Of a stretch of 64,000 bases of DNA, positions 49,145 through 56,483 are shown piece after piece. Below the pieces are notes generated by a model that was given only the letters and a program-made list of their open reading frames with translations, searched no databases and was not told the origin of the DNA. The position numbers and the translations under genes are program-made. Source of the DNA: Bdellovibrio sp. (GTDB taxonomy: Bacteria > Bdellovibrionota > Bdellovibrionia > Bdellovibrionales > Bdellovibrionaceae); contig JAKFBS010000004.1 in the NCBI GenBank assembly GCA_036677065.1, positions 192,001 to 256,000 of the forward strand. The letters are read 5' to 3'. Each line of letters begins with the position of its first letter. Position 1 is the first letter of the stretch.

Positions 49145-49798
49145 ATGAAGACAAGATTACTACTATTAGCATCGTTTATCGTTTTATCTTTTAGTTCACA
49201 TCAGGCACTGGCAATGGGGCGCGGCAAACCAGTTGAGCCGACACCAACACCATCTTCTAAATACCAAGAAGGTGACATCATTTTTATTCAAAGCCAAACC
49301 CAACAAGCAGCAGCTCTTCGTGAATCGACAGAGTCAGTTTGGACACACGTTGGTTTAATGATTAAAAAAAGTTCTAAATGGTATGTGGCTGAAGCCGTCG
49401 GGCCTTTAAAAGAAACTCCTTTAGCAGATTTTATTGCGCGTTCAAAAAATAAATCATATCGCATCTATCGTTATAAACATTTCGATGCAGCAACGATGAC
49501 GAGTGCCTTAAAAGCAGCGTTACCAAAATATAATAAACCTTATGATATCTATTTTGAATGGTCACAAGAGCGCATCTATTGTTCTGAATTAACTTATCAT
49601 GTGATGAAAGATGTAACCGGTTTTGAATTAGGCCGTTTGCAAAAAATGAAAGAGATGCGACTTGATGGTCCATACACACAAGCCTTAATTAAAAAACGTT
49701 ACACAGATACCGGTAAGGAGTTCGATCCAGAAGAACTAATTATTACTCCGGTGAGTCAAGTTGAAGATGAAGACGTGACGCTGATCGAAGCAAAATAG
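49145..49798 (+). CDS. Secreted permuted NlpC/P60 (YiiX/YebB-like) cysteine hydrolase
   Basis: EGDIIF, WTHVG, VAEA, KPYD and YCSEL (His before Cys); signal peptide from ATG 49145. Confidence 0.9.
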   Translation: MKTRLLLLASFIVLSFSSHQALAMGRGKPVEPTPTPSSKYQEGDIIFIQSQTQQAAALRESTESVWTHVGLMIKKSSKWYVAEAVGPLKETPLADFIARSKNKSYRIYRYKHFDAATMTSALKAALPKYNKPYDIYFEWSQERIYCSELTYHVMKDVTGFELGRLQKMKEMRLDGPYTQALIKKRYTDTGKEFDPEELIITPVSQVEDEDVTLIEAK

Positions 49799-49863
49799 TT
49801 TTTTTCCAAAAAATCGTTAAAAAGTTAAATGCTTATTTGAAATAAAAATGTTAGTGTTTTTGC

Positions 49864-50214
49864 ATGCAAACAAGTTGTCCAAAATGCCAATCTGAAAATA
49901 TTTATCAAGACGGTAACCTATGGGTTTGCCCTGAATGTGCCAATGAGTGGGTTGAAAAAGCCCAGGCCGCTGCTGAAGAGGCCGCAGTTGATGATGGTCT
50001 CATCCGTGATGCTAACGGCAATGTCTTAGCTGATGGTGATTCTGTGATCGTTATGAAAGATTTAAAGATCAAGGGTTCATCAAGTGTTGTTAAGGGCGGA
50101 ACGAAAGTCAGAAACATTCGTTTAACTGATATGGGTGATGGCCACGACATCGCTTGTAAAATCGATGGCCTTGGCGCGATTAATTTAAAATCTTCGTTCG
50201 TTAAAAAAGCTTAA
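49864..50214 (+). CDS. yjdM: YjdM/PhnA-like zinc-ribbon protein
   Basis: CPKC...[32 protein letters not shown]. Confidence 0.9.
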   Translation: MQTSCPKCQSENIYQDGNLWVCPECANEWVEKAQAAAEEAAVDDGLIRDANGNVLADGDSVIVMKDLKIKGSSSVVKGGTKVRNIRLTDMGDGHDIACKIDGLGAINLKSSFVKKA

Positions 50215-50222
50215 ACGTAAAA

Positions 50223-51452
50223 CTATTTTTTACGTTTAGACTTTTTGCGCATAGATTCTTCTTGTTCAATTAATTCTTGAAAATTCATATCATGCATTGG
50301 TGGCATGACGATCATTTCGTAATTCTTTTTGCTGACTTTAGTGACTTCGATTTTTTTACCTAAGAGCTCTTCGATGCTTTGTAAAAAGGGCATTTCTTCT
50401 GGCGCACAAAATGAAACCGCAATCCCTTTGTTAAAACCACGGCCAGTGCGACCGATTCGATGAACATAGTTTTCATTTTTTTCTGGCAGATCGTAATTAA
50501 TCACATGAGTCACATCTGGAATATCAATCCCACGCGCAGATACATCTGTCGCGATTAACACTTTACATTCGCCGGCACGAAACGCTCGCATCACTTCAGT
50601 GCGGTCAGTTTGATCTTTTTCGCCGTGTAAGGTTAAAGTAGTTACTTCTAACTTAGCCAAAGCCTTAGCAACGCGCTCTGCACGCACGCGCGTACGTACG
50701 AACACCACGAATTTGCCGTCTGGATTTTGTTTAAAGTATTCAGCTAAGAAATAACGTTTGTCGTCCATATCAATAAACATTACCGAGTGAGTTACGTTTT
50801 TTGAAACTGGATCTTCCGGAGAAATTTGAATACGGATAGCGCTACTTCGAACTTGGTCGTACGCCATCTTTTTAATTTTTGCATTAATAGTGGCCGAGAA
50901 AAACAGGGTTTGATGACCGCGCACTAATTTACGTTTAATAGATTCGATATCGTTGATAAAGCCTAGATCAAGCATTTGATCGGCCTCATCTAAAACTAAA
51001 GTTTCGATATGGCTTACATCGACATAACCTTGGGCGATCAGGTCAAACATGCGCCCAGGTGTCGTAATTAAGATATCAATGCCGTCGCCAAGTTTGCGAA
51101 TTTGTTTGTCTTGTTCTACGCCGCCGTAAAGCGCGAAAGATTTTACTTTCATATTTCGGCATAGACCATTGAACACTTCACCGATTTGTTGCGCAAGTTC
51201 ACGCGTCGGCACCATGACCAAACAACGAATGCCTTCGTTACGTTTGCTTTTTTTGCGGGAATGAATGTTTTCAATAATTGGAATTGCAAAAGCGCCAGTT
51301 TTACCGGTACCAGTTTGCGCGATCGCTAAAACGTCTTCGCCTCTTAAGATCGACGGAATCGCTTTGAATTGGATGTCTGTGGTGCGGAAAAAACCTAAGT
51401 TGTTTAGATTGCGCAGTAAGTCTTCAGAGAGGTGGAATTTTTCGAATTTCAT
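50223..51452 (-). CDS. DEAD-box RNA helicase
   Basis: AQTGTGKT, PTRELAQQ, DEAD, SAT and HRIGRTGR motifs; likely start ATG 51452. Confidence 0.95.
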   Translation of the reverse strand: MKFEKFHLSEDLLRNLNNLGFFRTTDIQFKAIPSILRGEDVLAIAQTGTGKTGAFAIPIIENIHSRKKSKRNEGIRCLVMVPTRELAQQIGEVFNGLCRNMKVKSFALYGGVEQDKQIRKLGDGIDILITTPGRMFDLIAQGYVDVSHIETLVLDEADQMLDLGFINDIESIKRKLVRGHQTLFFSATINAKIKKMAYDQVRSSAIRIQISPEDPVSKNVTHSVMFIDMDDKRYFLAEYFKQNPDGKFVVFVRTRVRAERVAKALAKLEVTTLTLHGEKDQTDRTEVMRAFRAGECKVLIATDVSARGIDIPDVTHVINYDLPEKNENYVHRIGRTGRGFNKGIAVSFCAPEEMPFLQSIEELLGKKIEVTKVSKKNYEMIVMPPMHDMNFQELIEQEESMRKKSKRKK

Positions 51453-51536
51453 AGAAGCGGACTGTATCATCGCAGGGCCTGCGAATGAAGTTAAAAAGGG
51501 GGAGAGGCCCCGTTTATGGAGCCTCTTTTGTAATAA

Positions 51537-51821
51537 CTACGGAGCTTCGAAAGTAGGGTTAGACGGGTTGTTGCCGTGTTGGCCATTAGATCCAGTTGGA
51601 ACCCAGCTAGGTACGCCGTATTCAGATGGAGCTTGGTATTCATTTTCGTTAGATGGATTGTGTGATCCAGCTGGAACACCTTGTGATTCACGCTCTTTGT
51701 AAGTCACAGTTTCACATTGTTGACCTGATTCGCCACGGTCACAAACAGTTACAGTTACATAACGATCAGCAAAAGCTGCTACAGACATCATAGTGATAGC
51801 TGCGATAATCATTGTTTTCAT
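51537..51821 (-). CDS. Small secreted protein
   Basis: AAGGAG RBS before ATG 51821; signal peptide ending AFA; Cys pair, then disordered tail. Confidence 0.75.
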   Translation of the reverse strand: MKTMIIAAITMMSVAAFADRYVTVTVCDRGESGQQCETVTYKERESQGVPAGSHNPSNENEYQAPSEYGVPSWVPTGSNGQHGNNPSNPTFEAP

Positions 51822-51836
51822 AGAGATCTCCTTTGG

Positions 51837-52125
51837 TTTTGTGAACCTTTTTGGATTCACAGTTTTTTTAAAACACACGTTTGTTGTGCGCTTAGCTTCT
51901 CGCAAACTTGTGAAAAAAGAACAATACAAATTTCACAAAAATTATTTGAAAAGTTCACAAAAATAACTGAAAACATGAGAAAGCATAGTAAAAACAATTA
52001 TTTATGGTTTGCTGCTTCTAACGATGCATTGCGCAATTGATGGGGAAAGTTGGAACAACAAAGCAATGTTTGACTTGAGGCAGGCTTTAATGATGAATGC
52101 CTCTTAAGACACGTTTTGTGAAAAA
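51837..52125. promoter_or_regulatory. Array of TGTGAA/TTCACA sites in a divergent intergenic region
   Basis: Six copies, including an inverted pair and a 22/21-bp tandem repeat. Confidence 0.55.
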
Positions 52126-52145
52126 GATCCTCTAAAGGAGTGTTC

Positions 52146-52592
52146 ATGGCTAAAGCCGTATTAACCACTGTATTTGCAATTTTAGCGACCGTTGCCGTTC
52201 ATGCTGCTACTTACACCAGTCATGCTTATGAAAGTATATTGAATGGTATTCCCTTGAATAATGCCTGTTTAACCAAAGACCATGTGCAAACCATTAAAGG
52301 TCTTACTGTTTGTGAAGAAAAAAAAGAAGTTGTGCTTAATGATGGCATTAACACTTCAACTGATTTCATCTGTGTGAAATGGTCGACGCAAAGTCTTTCA
52401 TACTCGCGCAAATACATTTCTGAAGAGTGTACGCAGTTTGTAATTGGCGAAGGTGATATGTCGTGCAAAAAATATGAGAAAAAAACCAAATTACTTCCGC
52501 AAACTATTTTAGTGCGTACTTGGACAGAAAATGCCGATTACAACAACTATCCGGGTTCAGTTTCTAAATTTACGTTTCCGGCTTGTAAGTAA
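52146..52592 (+). CDS. Secreted Cys-containing hypothetical protein
   Basis: AAGGAG RBS, signal peptide ending VHA, six Cys. Confidence 0.8.
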   Translation: MAKAVLTTVFAILATVAVHAATYTSHAYESILNGIPLNNACLTKDHVQTIKGLTVCEEKKEVVLNDGINTSTDFICVKWSTQSLSYSRKYISEECTQFVIGEGDMSCKKYEKKTKLLPQTILVRTWTENADYNNYPGSVSKFTFPACK

Positions 52593-52600
52593 GGGTGTAA

Positions 52601-53434
52601 ATGAACAGCCTTTCTCAAGCCACCTCAATTAAAGACTTTGTTAGCTTCGAGCTTCGTAAGACGCTTGAAAACGATGAGACTTTAAAAACATTGAGTGAAA
52701 AACTAAATCTAAAATCTCCGAGTTTGTTATCAATGATAGCTAACGGCAAGCGCTTGCCTTCTGAGGCGGTTTTAGAAAAGCTTTTTAACGTTTGGAAAAC
52801 TGGCGCAAAAGAGCGTAAATTTTTACGTCTGCAATTACAGCTGGAAAAAAAGCATCAAAAAGGAAAAGAAGCCTTAAGCTTGATGCAAGAAATTAAAAAG
52901 TTAAATCCCCCAAGCGCATTTTATAAATTAAAACTAAAACAAATCGAATCAGTGCGCGACTGGCATGTGCTGGTGGTACGGGCCTTGGCGAATAATCCAG
53001 AATTTCAAGCTGATCCGCAGTGGATTTCTGAAAAACTAAGAAATAAAATTAGTCCGAAACAAGCGCGTACAGCTTTGGCTTTATTAATCGATCGCGGGTT
53101 ATTAGCTCAGGATGCAAAAACTGGAAAGATCACCGTTTGCCAGGATTTTATTGAAACCACGCACGAAATCCCCTCAGAAGCAATTCGTCAGCATCACCGT
53201 GGAATGCTGAATCGTGCACTTGAAGCTTTAAACGAACAATCGGTTGCCGAGCGTTTATTTAATTCGATCACTTTAAATTTTAAACCTGAAGACTTAGAAG
53301 CGGCAAAAAAACGAATTGTCGAATTCAACCGTGCTTTTCATGATGAATTTGGCAACAACGTTTCTGAAACGGTCTATCAGCTTAATGTTCAGTTATTCAG
53401 TCACACTTTACCTGTGAAGGGAAAAGAAAAATGA
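52601..53434 (+). CDS. TIGR02147 family protein
   Basis: LNLKSPSLLSMIANGKR HTH; DWHVLVVRAL; IPSEAIRQHH; VYQLNVQLF. Confidence 0.9.
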   Translation: MNSLSQATSIKDFVSFELRKTLENDETLKTLSEKLNLKSPSLLSMIANGKRLPSEAVLEKLFNVWKTGAKERKFLRLQLQLEKKHQKGKEALSLMQEIKKLNPPSAFYKLKLKQIESVRDWHVLVVRALANNPEFQADPQWISEKLRNKISPKQARTALALLIDRGLLAQDAKTGKITVCQDFIETTHEIPSEAIRQHHRGMLNRALEALNEQSVAERLFNSITLNFKPEDLEAAKKRIVEFNRAFHDEFGNNVSETVYQLNVQLFSHTLPVKGKEK

Positions 53435-54312
53435 GAAACGCAAAAAACCTTTTAGTTATATCTGTGTTTTTATTATCAGCGATCACCCAGGCGGGTGGAA
53501 GTTTTGTCGGCAATGGCGCAGGACTTATGGAAAACCGTTTTCAATACAGCTATGCCTCGTTGAATAAAGTTCTAATGAATTGTTTGATTAATAATGATTG
53601 TGATTTCACAACCCAAGAAAAAGCAATTGCTGAAAATGTATCAGAAGTTTTGATGCAAAATATTTCTAATTCAGACAAATTTGTTTTTCTGACTGATAAA
53701 CAATTTTCTGATCTGACGACAATGCCGATGAATGAACCGCACCGTATTGCCATGACAGGCTTAACGCCGCAAGATCCGATCTATATTAATGTCGATCTGT
53801 TGTATGATATCAGCGGAAAACCACAATTAGAGTACGGCGCAGTGGTTGCTCTTGTTTTTCATGAAGTGGGTCATCAAACAGGCGAAACCTCGCACCAGTT
53901 GCTCGATGTGATAGGGACTAAACTTCGTTTAAAGCTTGAAGAAGAAACATTGGTTTATAAGTTTGAATTAGTTAATTTAGATAAAATCGAAGTGATGATG
54001 AGTAATTATTCGTCGCCAAATAAATTTGCCGAAATTCGCATTAGCCGCAATAACAATGCGATGACCAGCGTTGGCGCAAATATTTCAAAAAGTTTTAAGT
54101 GTAACGATAAAAAAGCTAAAGTGACTGCTTACGAATATTTTAACGGTTATTTCACGCCGGTATTTAAGGGCTCAAAAGCGACTTTTAATTTTATTGCTAA
54201 CATTCACTGTGTGAAAACAAACGGGCAGTTAAATATCGAACGTAAGAATGTTAGCTTTGATATCCGCCAAGATAATTCGATCGATAGTTTAAAGATGTCA
54301 TCGATTTTTTAA
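53431..54312 (+). CDS. Secreted protein with HEXXH (possible zinc metallopeptidase)
   Basis: Signal peptide, mature GGSFVGNG, VFHEVGH; ATGA overlap with the TIGR02147 stop. Confidence 0.75.
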   Translation: MRNAKNLLVISVFLLSAITQAGGSFVGNGAGLMENRFQYSYASLNKVLMNCLINNDCDFTTQEKAIAENVSEVLMQNISNSDKFVFLTDKQFSDLTTMPMNEPHRIAMTGLTPQDPIYINVDLLYDISGKPQLEYGAVVALVFHEVGHQTGETSHQLLDVIGTKLRLKLEEETLVYKFELVNLDKIEVMMSNYSSPNKFAEIRISRNNNAMTSVGANISKSFKCNDKKAKVTAYEYFNGYFTPVFKGSKATFNFIANIHCVKTNGQLNIERKNVSFDIRQDNSIDSLKMSSIF

Positions 54313-54448
54313 TTAGCGCTGGGCTTGTTATAAGTGTCTTGTTTTGACTATCTACATTTGATGCGTAGATGGTTTTAACAAGTGTCGATGTAGAAGTTTG
54401 CACCGCATAAGCCTGGCCCTGTTAAAAGCCTTTTAAATTGAGAAGAGT

Positions 54449-54464
54449 TGGAATAGTTTTCGCT
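54449..54464 (+). promoter_or_regulatory. sigma54-like promoter
   Basis: TGGAATAGTTTTCGCT; predicted +1 about 3 nt before ATG 54478. Confidence 0.55.
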
Positions 54465-54477
54465 TATTAAAATAAGT

Positions 54478-55284
54478 ATGAAGACTATAATTTTTATTTG
54501 TTTAATGATGATGGTTTCTTTAACGCATGCATTAGAGGCGGGTGTTGCAACCTGCGAAAACTGCAGCTCTAACCATACCTCTAAGCAGTTTGTAACTTTG
54601 TCTCAAACTGGAACTTTCATAGATAATATTGGTGAAAAGTTAGGTTGGAAAAACGCCTGTGAATCATTTGTAAAAGATGAATTCATTGGAAAACACGGCG
54701 AATTTATTCGTCGTAAAATGCGCGAAACTGGTTCTTATCCCAATCTTAAACGCGGTGATGCAGATTTAAACCGCTTATGCCCAAATTATCCTGATATGAC
54801 CGAAAATAACAAAGCCAATGTCGCTCTAGTATTATTAACCGCGATGGCTTTTGAAGAGAGCTCTTGCAAAAACGATAATACAGGTAAAGGTGTGAATGGT
54901 GCTGCGGGTGGTTTTTTTCAACTGCATGCCGGTGCAGAAGGTGATTACAGCTCGGGGTGTAAGGACTATGACAGTAAAACTCCTGAAGGCAGTATCTCCT
55001 GCACTTTAGCCATGATCAATAAGACCATGAGTAAAGGAAATTTATTTCGCCAAAAAGGCATGTACTGGGATGTTTTACGTCCTATGCGCTGGGTTGCAAA
55101 AACCAAATCATATGTAGCTAATCCATCCTATGCAAAAATTCGTAAAGCGATCAGTAGCTTTCCAGCTTGTCATGATCGCAATAAAATGATCGAAGGTCGT
55201 TCAATTGCTGATATTGATCTGGAAATCTACCAAGTCATTGATGTGAATAATCACAGACAGTCATCTGATCCGTATAAAATGTAA
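54478..55284 (+). CDS. Secreted lysozyme-fold/SLT-like protein
   Basis: CPNY, AMAFEESSC, GFFQL and YWDVLR parallel CPNY, AMTRFESSF, GLLQI and YWAVMR in the 27907 protein. Confidence 0.7.
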   Translation: MKTIIFICLMMMVSLTHALEAGVATCENCSSNHTSKQFVTLSQTGTFIDNIGEKLGWKNACESFVKDEFIGKHGEFIRRKMRETGSYPNLKRGDADLNRLCPNYPDMTENNKANVALVLLTAMAFEESSCKNDNTGKGVNGAAGGFFQLHAGAEGDYSSGCKDYDSKTPEGSISCTLAMINKTMSKGNLFRQKGMYWDVLRPMRWVAKTKSYVANPSYAKIRKAISSFPACHDRNKMIEGRSIADIDLEIYQVIDVNNHRQSSDPYKM

Positions 55285-55611
55285 GAGGGTTTTCCATATT
55301 TTTAGTAAAGCAGATTTTGGCGGTAGCATTTTATTAAGTAGCTCGGTAATTTCTTGTTGCTGGTGTAATTCTGCTGCCTGAAGCGGAGTAAGATTATCAT
55401 ACTCAGACAACAAGGCAGGATCTGCTCCATGTTGTAATAAATATTTTGCGATATCTATGTGACCTGCGCTAATCGCCGCAACCAGCGGGGTGCAAAGAAT
55501 TTCTGGATGTTGGTAATTCGGATTTACGCCACCGGTAATATGGTATTGCACCAGTGCTAGATCGCCAGTAGATGCTGCATTATACATTTCTTTCCAGTCG
55601 CCGGCAGACAT
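55261..55611 (-). CDS. Ankyrin-repeat protein
   Basis: AASTGDLALV, TPLVAA..GH..IAKYLL.HGAD and TPLQAA. Confidence 0.9.
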   Translation of the reverse strand: MSAGDWKEMYNAASTGDLALVQYHITGGVNPNYQHPEILCTPLVAAISAGHIDIAKYLLQHGADPALLSEYDNLTPLQAAELHQQQEITELLNKMLPPKSALLKIWKTLLHFIRIR

Positions 55612-55616
55612 TTTAG

Positions 55617-56381
55617 TTAGTCTTCATCTTTTTCATCTTTATCGTCTTTATCGTCATCAAATTTTAGATCAAAGAAATCAGTCGATGGCTGTTCTACGCG
55701 GGGAATCTCAGGGGCTACGCGATTTAAGATGCGATGCTGTCTTGAGGTCACATAAGCCGACGGGCGGTCGATGCGAAACCTGCGTGGATTTGGCAGAACG
55801 GCCGCAATTAATGAAGCTTGTGAGGAGTTAATCGTCTTTGCGGTCTTTTTAAAAAACTTGTTTGAGGCGGCTTCAACGCCGTACACGCCAGAACCCAGTT
55901 CAACTACGTTCAGGTAAACTTCCATGATACGTTCTTTGGGCCACATCACTTCAATTAAAACAGTGAAGTAGGCTTCCATACCTTTGCGAATCCAATCCCT
56001 GCGTGGCCATAAAAACACATTTTTGGCTGTTTGTTGGCTGATGGTACTGGCGCCTTTTTTACGTTTATGGGTTTGATTGTACTTCATGGCTTTTTCGATC
56101 GCATCGTAATCAAAACCATTGTGTTCAAAAAAACGATAGTCTTCAGATTTTAAAACGGCTTTTTGTACCGATGGAGCAATTTCATCAATCGGAACCCAGG
56201 TTTTATTCATGCCGACAAATTTTTCTTCGCCAAGAGATTGCAGCGAACGAATAAACATGAGCGGCGTAAAATAAACGGGTACATAGCGATAAAAGAAAAC
56301 GCTGCCGAATGTGCTGACAAAGAACAATAGGGTTAATTGCAGGGTCAGTTTTTTAAAGCGGGGCCAAAAGTTCTTTTGCAT
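55617..56381 (-). CDS. mtgA: Monofunctional peptidoglycan glycosyltransferase
   Basis: SEDYRFFEHNGFD, GASTISQQTAKNVFLW, RKGME, YLNVVE and LPNP motifs. Confidence 0.95.
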   Translation of the reverse strand: MQKNFWPRFKKLTLQLTLLFFVSTFGSVFFYRYVPVYFTPLMFIRSLQSLGEEKFVGMNKTWVPIDEIAPSVQKAVLKSEDYRFFEHNGFDYDAIEKAMKYNQTHKRKKGASTISQQTAKNVFLWPRRDWIRKGMEAYFTVLIEVMWPKERIMEVYLNVVELGSGVYGVEAASNKFFKKTAKTINSSQASLIAAVLPNPRRFRIDRPSAYVTSRQHRILNRVAPEIPRVEQPSTDFFDLKFDDDKDDKDEKDED

Positions 56382-56449
56382 ATAGCTGGTTTAATTATAG
56401 CGTTAAAGGGCTAAAAGTCATTCACACTAAAGTAGGGAAATTTTGTTTA

Positions 56450-56477
56450 TTGACCTGAAATGCTCATCTTTTAGAAT
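56450..56477 (+). promoter_or_regulatory. sigma70-like promoter, leaderless
   Basis: TTGACC-N16-TAGAAT, 6 nt before ATG 56484. Confidence 0.5.
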
Positions 56478-56483
56478 GAAAAG

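Noticed and set aside
51840..51861. CRP/FNR box
   Set aside because: The TGTGA-TCACA spacing is 12 nt, not the canonical 6.
52051..52066. sigma54 site upstream of 52146
   Set aside because: The GG-to-GC spacing is 9 nt, not the required 10.
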